The notes beneath the pieces were generated by a model that did no database searches, was not told the origin of the DNA, and saw nothing but the letters and a program-made list of their open reading frames with translations. A stretch of 49,460 nt of DNA from an uncultured Candidatus Saccharibacteria bacterium. Lineage in GTDB: Bacteria > Patescibacteriota > Minisyncoccia > Phycocordibacterales > JAKFXT01. Shown piece after piece: positions 9,559 through 18,453 of this stretch (positions are counted from its first letter, which is position 1; each line of letters opens with the position of its first letter). A program made the translations under genes and the position numbers. The stretch spans positions 1 to 49,460 of the forward strand of contig CAYGDB010000001.1 in NCBI GenBank assembly GCA_964348535.1, written 5' to 3'.

Positions 9559-10665
9559 ATGTCGCGACATAAACTTATTGAAGAAGACATAAAGGCCATA
9601 GCGGACGCTTTGGGTGATGACGCTCAAAAATTTTCAGGCAAGACCATACTGATAAGCGGCGGCTCCGGTTTCTTGGGAAAATACTTTCTTTCCCTTTTTC
9701 GCTATTTGAATGAAAATGTTTTAAAGGAAAAGTGCCGTGTTATATCGGTTGATAATTTCATCACTGGCAGTAAGCATCCCCACTTTGACCACAGTGAGCA
9801 TAAAAATATCGTGGAAGTTTGGGGAGATATCGCCTATCCTCTTCCCATAAGAGAAGATGTGCATTTTATTATTCACGCCGCCGGTGTGGCTTCTCCCGTT
9901 CATTACATGAAGTATCCGCTTGAAACTATAGAAAGCGCCGTTTCAGGAATAAAAAATTTATTGGAATTCGCCCGCAAGAATAAAATTGAAGGATTTTTAT
10001 TTTTTAGCTCAAGCGAAATTTACGGAGATCCGGACCCCAAATCAGTGCCGACACCGGAGACTTATCACGGTTATGTTTCAACAACCGGGCCGAGAGCTTG
10101 CTACGATGAGTCTAAAAGACTCGGTGAAACTATAGCCACCGTCTACCACCAGCAGTTTGGCGTGCCTGCAAAAATAGTCCGACCTTTTAATGTTTTTGGT
10201 CCAGGAATGGGGCATGCCGATAAAAGAGTTCTTCCGATGTTCGCTTACAAAGCTCTAAATAATGAAAAAATTCCGGTTCACGGAGACGGTCTTCAGACCA
10301 GGACATTTTGTTATATAAGCGACGCTATAGCCGGTTTTACTAAAGTCCTAATAAACGGAGAGCCTGGTCATGCTTACAATATTGGTAACGATGAAAATGA
10401 AATTTCAATGCGCGACCTGGCGGAGCTTTTTGTCAAAGTTTCAGGGGAGGACGCTTCACATGAGCTTATAGAATATCCAAGCACATATCCGGGTGGAGAG
10501 CCTCAAAGACGCTCTCCTGACCTCACAAAAGCCCGCACCAGCTTGTCTTATGAGCCGTCTGTCTCTCTTGAGGAAGGTTTGTTGCGTTTTATTTCTTGGT
10601 GCAGAACACAGCCTTCGTATGTTGGAGAAAGGGCAGTCAAGGATATAAGCGTAGAATGGGCCTAA
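9559..10665 (+). CDS. Extended SDR NAD-dependent epimerase/dehydratase, UDP-glucuronate decarboxylase (UXS)-like
   Basis: ILISGGSGFLGKYF (GxxGxxG), catalytic YDESKR, HAAGVASP; 368 aa. Confidence 0.8.
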   Translation: MSRHKLIEEDIKAIADALGDDAQKFSGKTILISGGSGFLGKYFLSLFRYLNENVLKEKCRVISVDNFITGSKHPHFDHSEHKNIVEVWGDIAYPLPIREDVHFIIHAAGVASPVHYMKYPLETIESAVSGIKNLLEFARKNKIEGFLFFSSSEIYGDPDPKSVPTPETYHGYVSTTGPRACYDESKRLGETIATVYHQQFGVPAKIVRPFNVFGPGMGHADKRVLPMFAYKALNNEKIPVHGDGLQTRTFCYISDAIAGFTKVLINGEPGHAYNIGNDENEISMRDLAELFVKVSGEDASHELIEYPSTYPGGEPQRRSPDLTKARTSLSYEPSVSLEEGLLRFISWCRTQPSYVGERAVKDISVEWA

Positions 10666-10666
10666 T

Positions 10667-11686
10667 ATGTCTCAAAAAACTCTCGCCCTTATCGGAGCCG
10701 GCCGTTGGGGTAAAAATATAATTACTACCCTAAAACAAATAGAAGGTGTGGGAGGAGCGCGTCTTAAATATATAGTCGCCAGAAATTCTGAAAGTTTGGA
10801 ACAATATAAAAATGATTACGAAGTAGAAACTGATTACAAAAAACTTCTTGAGAAAAAAGATATTGACGTGGTTATAATTGCCACTCCGCCCTCTACTCAC
10901 AAAGATATTTCTTTGCCTTTCATAAGAGCCAAGATACCTGTCTTTATAGAAAAACCCCTGACGGCAAATCTTGAAGAGGCCGAGGCAATTTTGAAAGAGT
11001 CCAAAGAACAGGGCGGTCTTGTTTTTGTTGGCCACATACATCTGTATAATCCGGCGTATCAAAAAGCAAAAGAGTTTTTTTTAAAAGCGGGCAAACCTCG
11101 CGTCATCTATGGAGAATGCGGAGGGAATGGTCCTTATCGGAATGATTTTTCGGCGCTTTGGGACTGGGCTCCTCACGACCTGTCCGTGATGCTTGATATT
11201 TTGGGGGCACTTCCTATTTCCGTATCCGCTTCGGCTTTTTCTGTTTTGCGTCCTTCCACAAAGCTTTATGATGTTGCGACTTTGAAATTGAATTTTCCGA
11301 ATGACGTTTACGGTTTTATTCGTGTTTCGTGGCTTTTGCCGATTAAACAAAAAAGAATAATGTTTGTCGGAGAAAATGACAGCGTGGTTTTTGATGATGT
11401 TTTATCTGAAAAGAAAGTGGCGGTATTTAAAGGTATGGGTCCGCGGATAGTTGAGGGACAGATGGGGGACATTCCAAGCGTTTTTCCAAACACTCCCGAA
11501 ATAGAATATCCGGAATACTCCTTGACTAAACCTCTTGAGGAAGAGCTCAAAGCTTTTCTAAAAGCCATTGATAGTGGTATGAGGCCACCATCTGATATTG
11601 CTCAAGGTGTGGCGGTTGTTAGAATTTTAAACGCCGCGGAAAGGTCAATTGAAAGCGGAGGCGGGGAAATCAGGCTGATTTTTTAA
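10667..11686 (+). CDS. Gfo/Idh/MocA family oxidoreductase
   Basis: LALIGAGRWGKNI Rossmann start and the VFIEKPLTANLEEAEAIL (EKP) motif. Confidence 0.8.
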   Translation: MSQKTLALIGAGRWGKNIITTLKQIEGVGGARLKYIVARNSESLEQYKNDYEVETDYKKLLEKKDIDVVIIATPPSTHKDISLPFIRAKIPVFIEKPLTANLEEAEAILKESKEQGGLVFVGHIHLYNPAYQKAKEFFLKAGKPRVIYGECGGNGPYRNDFSALWDWAPHDLSVMLDILGALPISVSASAFSVLRPSTKLYDVATLKLNFPNDVYGFIRVSWLLPIKQKRIMFVGENDSVVFDDVLSEKKVAVFKGMGPRIVEGQMGDIPSVFPNTPEIEYPEYSLTKPLEEELKAFLKAIDSGMRPPSDIAQGVAVVRILNAAERSIESGGGEIRLIF

Positions 11687-11736
11687 AAATGTATCCTTTG
11701 GCAATATGGTTTTGTTTCCATAAGTAGTTGGTTTTT

Positions 11737-12876
11737 ATGACTGAAAAGAAACTTTTTATTATTTTCCATGGCCGTTTTCCAAGTGAAAAAGCGGCGTCTT
11801 TGTTTGCCGGCAAAAGCGCCGAGTCATTTGGGAGGGAGGGTATTGAGACCACTCTTATAGTTCCGAGAAGAATATCAAGGATGAGGACAGACCCTTATGA
11901 ATACTATAATCTGAAAAAGAATTTCAGGATTATTTATTTGCCGACCGTTGACCTATTTAACATACCCTTTTTAAGGGTCGTGGCTTTTGAAACAAGCTTT
12001 TTTATATTTTCGATATTGGTTTTTATGTTTTTGCTTTTCAAGGCCGGCAAAGAAGATTTCATATATTCAAACGAATCTCTGGTGATATATTTATCTTCTT
12101 TTTACTTCACTAATATTCTTTATGAATTGCACGATTTTCCAGAACGGAAAATATTTTTTTATAAAAGTTTGTTTAAAAGAGCAAGTCATATTTTGGTTAC
12201 TAATAAATGGAAGGTTGAAAAAACAGAAAGAGTTTTTGGCGTTCAAAAATCAAAAATGATTTTGGAAAGAAACGCGGTTGATATTGAAGAATTTGACATC
12301 CCTGTCAGTAAAGAAAAAGCCAGAGAAAAACTTGGACTGCCTTCGGGTAAAAAAATCGTTGTTTACACCGGACATCTTTACTCATGGAAAGGGGCGGATA
12401 CATTGGCCGAAACGGCAAAAAAATTGCCGAAAGCCTTGTTTGTCTTTGTCGGGGGAACACCGCTTGATATAAAGCGTTTTAAAGACACCTATGGCCACTT
12501 GGACAATATTTTAATAGTTGGCCACAAAGAACATTCTGAAATTCCGTATTGGCAGAAAGCGGCCGATGTTTTGGTTCTTCCAAATACCGCCAAAGAAGAT
12601 ATTTCAAAATTCTACACTTCCCCAATGAAACTTTTTGAATATATGGCAAGCGGAAGGCCTATAATCGCCTCCCGAATACCGTCCATTGTTGAAATTTTAA
12701 ATGATAAAAACTCCGTCCTTGTGGAGCCGGATAGCGTGGAGGCTCTGGCTTCGGCCATTTCTGATATTATTGATAATCAAGAAAAAGGGGAGACTCTCTC
12801 TTCTCAAGCCCGTATTGATGTTGAAGAATACGCTTGGGACAAGAGGGCTAAAAGAATCTTAGCTTTTATATCATGA
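11737..12876 (+). CDS. Glycosyltransferase family 4
   Basis: ORF 11728 starts at TTG; the ATG at 11737 gives MTEKKLFIIFHG. The C-terminal motif is YTSPMKLFEYMASGRPIIASRIPS. Confidence 0.85.
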   Translation: MTEKKLFIIFHGRFPSEKAASLFAGKSAESFGREGIETTLIVPRRISRMRTDPYEYYNLKKNFRIIYLPTVDLFNIPFLRVVAFETSFFIFSILVFMFLLFKAGKEDFIYSNESLVIYLSSFYFTNILYELHDFPERKIFFYKSLFKRASHILVTNKWKVEKTERVFGVQKSKMILERNAVDIEEFDIPVSKEKAREKLGLPSGKKIVVYTGHLYSWKGADTLAETAKKLPKALFVFVGGTPLDIKRFKDTYGHLDNILIVGHKEHSEIPYWQKAADVLVLPNTAKEDISKFYTSPMKLFEYMASGRPIIASRIPSIVEILNDKNSVLVEPDSVEALASAISDIIDNQEKGETLSSQARIDVEEYAWDKRAKRILAFIS

Positions 12877-15461
12877 CCACCATTACAAGAAAAGATATTT
12901 TTGCCGTTCTCGCGCTTCTGGTTTTTTCGGTTTTCATTTTTTATCCTGTTTTATTCGGCGGGAAAGTTTTTTCAGATGAAGAGCAGTTTGGTTTTTACTA
13001 CGCTACCTCCCATTACGTTAAACAATCAATTACTCAAGGAACATCTCTCCTGTGGAATAGTGGCCATTATGGCGGTGTGTCGGCGAGCCTGGATCAATTT
13101 GTTTCCGCTTGGTATCCGATTAACCGCCTGTTTTTTAGCCTTTTTGACGCCTTTACCGCTCATCACTTAAGTATCTTATTCGCCACTTTTTTTGGCCTCC
13201 TCTTTGCATATTGGTTCGGCAGAGCAAATAAGTGGCTGATTTCATCTTCAATTGTATTTTCAGCTTCTTATGTTTTGGCCACCACTTTCGGATGGCTCGC
13301 CATTGGCACTATTTCCGCCAACTCTTTTATAATAATGCCAGCCATGACTTTGGCGGTTTTAAAAATCAGACAAAATATAGTCCCTCGGGGCTTGCCCCGA
13401 GGGACTATATTAGCTCCTCGGCTCGGAAATGGAAACTCAAAGCAGTTTCCGTTTCTCTCGCTCTACGTCGCTAATAAGAATTTCGCGCTTTATTCCGTTT
13501 TGGGCGGTTTGGTTTTTGGTGTGGGACTTTTGGCGGGGTTTGTCCAAATAATTTTTTATGTTTGGCCCATGATTCTTTTGTATGCTTTGTTTCTTGACCG
13601 AGAAAGTTGGTCTCCGGCAGTTTCTTTTTTGAATAAATTTAGGGCCACGATTGGATTTTTCAGCATGTCTGTTATCGGAACTCTAATCGGGTTGAAACAG
13701 CTTATGCCATCGGTCTTTTTTATTGACAGAACAATAAGAACTTCAGATTACGCCATTCAAAATGCCACCCATCCTTCAGTCGTGGAATTTATTACATTTG
13801 TTCTGCCCGATTACATAAAAATCCCGTTTATTGGAGGAGGTTCGCATGGTTTTTACATTGGAGTGCTTCCCATTATTTTCGCCTTCATGGCTTTGGTTTT
13901 TTACAGGACAAGGACCACTTTGTTTTTCACAGCTCTTTATTTGATTGTTCTGGGATTTGCTTTTCATTTGCCGATTTTTTCTTGGTTAAACGAACATATC
14001 CCGCCTTACAGGAATATGGGAGGAAATTTCAGATGGATGGTGGCGGGCGCTTTTCCTCTGGCTTTTATAGGAGCCTCGGGTCTTGAAGGATTTCTGCGCT
14101 CTCCTGAAAGAATTTCTGATAAAGCAAAAAAGAACCTGCTAAAAATACTTGCTTTGATTTCATCGGTTGCCGTTCTGGGGACATTTTTGGTTGATTATTT
14201 TTTGAATTTATTAAAGACAAACTCTTCTCTTCAGATGAAAATTTTGGATAAGGTTTTTGTCGGCAGGGAAATGACGTTTCCCGTTGACCATTATCTAAAT
14301 ATTTTAAATCAGACCATAGACAGCTTTTTAGCAGTTTTTTCGTTTTCCAATCTTGAATACATTATCCCTGTTTTGCTCTGGCCTTTGGCGTTCTTGATTT
14401 TCTATTTTTTGGATAAATGGAGTTGGTTAAAGAAAAATATAAAATATGTATTGGTTGTTTTTGTATTGGCCAATACGGCTTTGGTTTTCTTTTTTCAGTT
14501 TGATGATAATTTAGTTTCAAAAAATCTTTTTACCGTTAAGCCGGAAATGGTTTCCTATCTTGAGAGCGCGGAAAAAAATCCGAATAGCTACAGGATTATG
14601 GGTTTTTTGTTGGGGGACGGACTATTTAGAGAAGTTCAAAGCAAAACTAAAATAAGCAAAGAAGTCGTAACCACTCTTCAAAGAGAATTATTGATAAATA
14701 ATTCAAACGTTTACTGGAACATTCAGAGAATGGATGGAATGGAGCCGTATAGAACGATGCGGCATAACAGACTTATTGACACTGTTATTTCTCAAGAAAA
14801 GTCTTCATTCGCCTTTGATATAAAAAAATTGCCTTCAAGCAGATTGGACAAGCTAAATAATTACGATGTTTTGATTCAGGTTTCTCTGGAAGAAAAGAAA
14901 AAGGACTTTTTGACCAAGCTTCCTCTTTTGTCCATGATGAATGTCAAATATATTTATTCTGTCTATGAACTTAACCACTCAAGCTTGGAAAAAAAGTACC
15001 AAAATGATTTGGAAGTTGGTGGTGGCGCAAAACTTCCGCTATACCTTTACGAAAATAAAAATGTTTTGCCTCGGGTTTACTTTGCTTTGAAGCCTGATTT
15101 TTTTGGTGGGGATGATTTGGCGCTTTTGGCAGAAATTTCCACAGCAAAAGATTTTTCCAAAAGAACACTTATTGAATGTAATAATTGTGAAAGTAAACCA
15201 TCCCAAGGGGGGAAGATAGAAATTGACAAGTATCAAAACGGTTACGTTGAAATGACTCTGGAGTCAAAGGGTGATAATTGGCTTGTTTTTAGTGAAAGCA
15301 GTATGCCGGGGTGGGTTGCCACAATTGACGGGAGAGAGGTTTCCATATACGATGCTAACTATATTTTCCAAGCTATTTTAGTTCCCGACGGTGAACATAA
15401 GATTGTCTTTGAATACAAGGATATTGTTGATTTGAAGCTTAAAGAGTACTTGGGGAAATAG
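12873..15461 (+). CDS. YfhO-family polytopic membrane glycosyltransferase (GT-C-like), copy 1
   Basis: 862 aa with many TM helices. YfhO-type C-terminal beta domain MPGWVATIDGREVSIYDANYIFQAILVPDGEHKIVFEYK. ATGA overlap with the upstream GT4 gene. Confidence 0.8.
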   Translation: MTTITRKDIFAVLALLVFSVFIFYPVLFGGKVFSDEEQFGFYYATSHYVKQSITQGTSLLWNSGHYGGVSASLDQFVSAWYPINRLFFSLFDAFTAHHLSILFATFFGLLFAYWFGRANKWLISSSIVFSASYVLATTFGWLAIGTISANSFIIMPAMTLAVLKIRQNIVPRGLPRGTILAPRLGNGNSKQFPFLSLYVANKNFALYSVLGGLVFGVGLLAGFVQIIFYVWPMILLYALFLDRESWSPAVSFLNKFRATIGFFSMSVIGTLIGLKQLMPSVFFIDRTIRTSDYAIQNATHPSVVEFITFVLPDYIKIPFIGGGSHGFYIGVLPIIFAFMALVFYRTRTTLFFTALYLIVLGFAFHLPIFSWLNEHIPPYRNMGGNFRWMVAGAFPLAFIGASGLEGFLRSPERISDKAKKNLLKILALISSVAVLGTFLVDYFLNLLKTNSSLQMKILDKVFVGREMTFPVDHYLNILNQTIDSFLAVFSFSNLEYIIPVLLWPLAFLIFYFLDKWSWLKKNIKYVLVVFVLANTALVFFFQFDDNLVSKNLFTVKPEMVSYLESAEKNPNSYRIMGFLLGDGLFREVQSKTKISKEVVTTLQRELLINNSNVYWNIQRMDGMEPYRTMRHNRLIDTVISQEKSSFAFDIKKLPSSRLDKLNNYDVLIQVSLEEKKKDFLTKLPLLSMMNVKYIYSVYELNHSSLEKKYQNDLEVGGGAKLPLYLYENKNVLPRVYFALKPDFFGGDDLALLAEISTAKDFSKRTLIECNNCESKPSQGGKIEIDKYQNGYVEMTLESKGDNWLVFSESSMPGWVATIDGREVSIYDANYIFQAILVPDGEHKIVFEYKDIVDLKLKEYLGK
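13375..13471 (+). repeat. Palindromic repeat element, copy 1, in frame inside the YfhO gene
   Basis: Perfect 16-bp stem ATATAGTCCCTCGGGG / CCCCGAGGGACTATAT with loop CTTG (13375-13410). A second hairpin lies at 13427-13454. Blocks CTCCTCGGCTCGGA (13414-13427) and CTCGCTCTACGTCGC (13457-13471) recur at 37910-37961. Confidence 0.7.
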
Positions 15462-15465
15462 TAAT

Positions 15466-17073
15466 ATGTCAAAAAAAATTTCCGTATTAATTCCTTGTTA
15501 TAACGAGCAGGCCACCATTGAGGAGCTTCTTCGTCGGGTTGAAGCGGCGGATTTTGGTCATTGGCAAAAAGAAATAATCATTGTTGACGACGGTTCAAAA
15601 GATAACACCCGCAACATTCTTTCAAATTACAAGAACAAACCCGGATATCAGGTTATCTTTCACGAAAAAAATCAGGGTAAGGGAGGAGCGGAGAGGACCG
15701 GAATTGCCGTATCAACCGGAGATTACATAATAATGCAAGACGCCGACCTTGAATACGACCCTAGAGAGATTAAAAGATTGCTTGATGTTGTGGACAAGAC
15801 CGGAGCTCCTGTTGTTTTCGGCTCCAGAAATATGGAGAGTTCCTGGCAGAGACTTATGAAGGGTTTTTTCTTTATAAGCATAGGAGTGTGGGGGAGCACC
15901 AAACTCATCAATTTTCTTTATGGAATACATCTGACAGATGCTTGGACTTGCTACAAACTTTTTTCTCAAGAGGTGGCGAAGAAGGCCAGATTTATAGGGA
16001 ACGGTTTTGAGGCGGACTATCTTTTCATAGGCGAAGTTGCGGTAGCCGGTTTTCCGATAGTTGAAGTACTCATAAGCCACGCTCCGAGAACTGTGGAAGA
16101 GGGCAAGAAAATTCGTTACAAAGACGGTATTGTTTCTTCAACTTTGATTTTGAAACATCGCTTATCTCATCTTGTCAAAAAAAGAAACGATTACGACAGG
16201 ACCGCCTCTCGCCTTAAAGCAGTCAACGGCTCTTTTATATGTCCATCGTGTAAAATGCCGCTTGGCGTTTCAAGCCAAAATCTTTCCTGCCCTTCGCATA
16301 GTTTTAGAAAATACGAGGATATAGTCCCGATACTTATTAACGGAGACGCCTTTTTTGTTCACGAAGAAGACAACCTTCACGGAGTAAATTGGCTGAAATC
16401 TTTCCTGAAACAATTTCCAGCCATTTATTATGGTATTTGGAATTTGTTTTGTCCGGTCTTAATGGTTCAAAACGGCCCAAAGAAGATGCTCAAAAAATAT
16501 TTGCCGGAAAAGTCTTTGGTTGCCGATATAGGCTCCGGTCCGAATAGACTTTCCCCCGATTTTATTAACGTGGACGTTTCTCCTTTTCCTGGTGTGGATG
16601 TGATAGCCGATGGAGACAATTTGCCTTTTAAAAATGGCACATTTGATGGGGTGGTAACTGAATCCTTGCTTGAACATGTTATTAACCCGCAGAAGGTGGT
16701 AAATGAGGCTGTTAGAGTCTTAAAAGATGGCGGTGTGATATACACCAGCGCTCCCTTTATTCATCCCTATCACGCCTCTCCTGACGACTTCAGCCGTTTT
16801 ACGGCAAGCGGTCTAAAGGAGCTTTTTTCGGGACTTGAGATTTTGGAGCTTGGAGTTCGCTCCGGCCCATGGAGCGCTTTTCTGATGTTCCTGGCTTACT
16901 TTTTGGGAGTGGTCTTTTCTTTCGGTTCCAAAAAACTGGCGCCGTTTTTGGCCCATGTTTTTATGCTTATCTTAGGTCCGCTAAAAGTTTTTGATATTAT
17001 TTTCGCCAAATTTAGTGGAGCAGAGGCCGTAAGCGCCCATCTTTACATTGTCGCGAGGAAACCCAAAGCATAG
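15466..17073 (+). CDS. Fusion protein: GT2 polyprenyl-phosphate sugar synthase + Zn-ribbon + class I SAM methyltransferase + C-terminal TM segment
   Basis: ISVLIPCYNEQ, VDDGSKDNT, MQDADLEYDP (GT2). FICPSCKMPLG...LSCPSH (ribbon). VADIGSGPNRL ... LPFKNGTFDGVV (MTase). Hydrophobic tail WSAFLMFLAYFLGVVF. Confidence 0.8.
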   Translation: MSKKISVLIPCYNEQATIEELLRRVEAADFGHWQKEIIIVDDGSKDNTRNILSNYKNKPGYQVIFHEKNQGKGGAERTGIAVSTGDYIIMQDADLEYDPREIKRLLDVVDKTGAPVVFGSRNMESSWQRLMKGFFFISIGVWGSTKLINFLYGIHLTDAWTCYKLFSQEVAKKARFIGNGFEADYLFIGEVAVAGFPIVEVLISHAPRTVEEGKKIRYKDGIVSSTLILKHRLSHLVKKRNDYDRTASRLKAVNGSFICPSCKMPLGVSSQNLSCPSHSFRKYEDIVPILINGDAFFVHEEDNLHGVNWLKSFLKQFPAIYYGIWNLFCPVLMVQNGPKKMLKKYLPEKSLVADIGSGPNRLSPDFINVDVSPFPGVDVIADGDNLPFKNGTFDGVVTESLLEHVINPQKVVNEAVRVLKDGGVIYTSAPFIHPYHASPDDFSRFTASGLKELFSGLEILELGVRSGPWSAFLMFLAYFLGVVFSFGSKKLAPFLAHVFMLILGPLKVFDIIFAKFSGAEAVSAHLYIVARKPKA

Positions 17074-17154
17074 TTAGTGGCTGGCCTTGCAGAAACGGTG
17101 TTTAGTAAATTTTTGTTACTAGTAGGGTCTATGGGCAGTTATCAATAAGTAATT

Positions 17155-18276
17155 ATGATTACAATACCAATACTGGGAAGCACTAAATTTCTGGGGGGTG
17201 AAAATGTTTTTGTTATTGCTGATATAGGCAAGAACTTTATTCAGACAAAGGAAGAACGTCCAAACGCAGAATATTTAGAGAATGCGAAAAAATTAATAGA
17301 CGCGGCGATTAAGGCGGGGGTGGATGCCGTAAAATTTCAAACCCATGAAGTTGAGGACGAACAGCTCAATATTGAAGTGACCTCGCCTCATTTCAAAGGG
17401 TCTGATCGTTATAGTTGGATTACTCGTAATATGCGAGCGACACCGCTTTCTTTCTGGCAGGAGATAAAAGTATACTGCGATCAAAAAGGTATTATTTTTT
17501 TCTCAACCCCAATGAGTCGCAAAGCCGCTTCTAAGCTTGAGAAGGTGGGAGTCCCGCTTTGGAAAGTGGGCTCTGGCGATGTATTAGATTATGTTACACT
17601 CGATTTCCTGATAAGCACTGGAAAGCCAATAATAATATCAACGGGGATGGTAGGACTTCTAGAGCTCGATAACGTTGTTGCGTATATTCGGAACAAAGGA
17701 GCGGCGCTTTCGGTACTTTATTGTGTCAGTCAATATCCTTGCCCGCCATCGCATTTCAACCTCTCTACCATTGAGCTTTTTAAAGAAAAGTATCCCGATG
17801 TGGTTGTTGGTTTTTCTGATCATTCTATCGATGAGTACAAAGTTGATTTAATAGCGGTTAAGATTGGCGCGCGTATAATAGAAAAACATTTCTCCTTTTC
17901 GCGTGATCTCTGGGGAGCTGACCACAAAGCTTCTATTACGCCGTCCGAAATGAAAGCTATGATTGATGCTATACGGAATAAAGAATATGAAAATGTAGAA
18001 GTCGGTGATTTTTACGGTGACAAAAATAAAGAGCTTGAAGGGGCCACAAACCAGTTTCGACCCTATTTCAATAAGTCTCTTATGGCCGGTAGAGATATAA
18101 AGGAAGGTGAGATTATAGAAAAGGAAATGGTCTTTGCCATGCGTCCCCAACAGTTTGCGGGCGGTTTGCCATCAGAGGAGTACCCGAATATCCTTGGTTT
18201 AAAAACCACTACTTCACTAAAAAAATATGATCCGATTACTAAATTAACTTTTGAACATAACCCAATCAGTCAATAA
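17155..18276 (+). CDS. neuB: N-acetylneuraminate (nonulosonic acid) synthase family protein
   Basis: VFVIADIGKN...GVDAVKFQTH, VVGFSDHS, IEKHF...GADHKASITPSEM, and a C-terminal SAF-like AGRDIKEGEIIEKEMVFAMRP. Confidence 0.8.
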   Translation: MITIPILGSTKFLGGENVFVIADIGKNFIQTKEERPNAEYLENAKKLIDAAIKAGVDAVKFQTHEVEDEQLNIEVTSPHFKGSDRYSWITRNMRATPLSFWQEIKVYCDQKGIIFFSTPMSRKAASKLEKVGVPLWKVGSGDVLDYVTLDFLISTGKPIIISTGMVGLLELDNVVAYIRNKGAALSVLYCVSQYPCPPSHFNLSTIELFKEKYPDVVVGFSDHSIDEYKVDLIAVKIGARIIEKHFSFSRDLWGADHKASITPSEMKAMIDAIRNKEYENVEVGDFYGDKNKELEGATNQFRPYFNKSLMAGRDIKEGEIIEKEMVFAMRPQQFAGGLPSEEYPNILGLKTTTSLKKYDPITKLTFEHNPISQ

Positions 18277-18453
18277 TAAGTTTTCATGGGGTATTTCAAA
18301 TCAGTCCCTGGTTCCTCTCTTGTTTTGGCGGGTTTTTTAAAATTATGATTATAAATACCTTGGTGTTGAATGGCAATAAATATACTTGTAACATTAGTTG
18401 GTATAAAAAGGTTTTATATACACTGACCTTATTCTTTATTTATATCGGAGACA

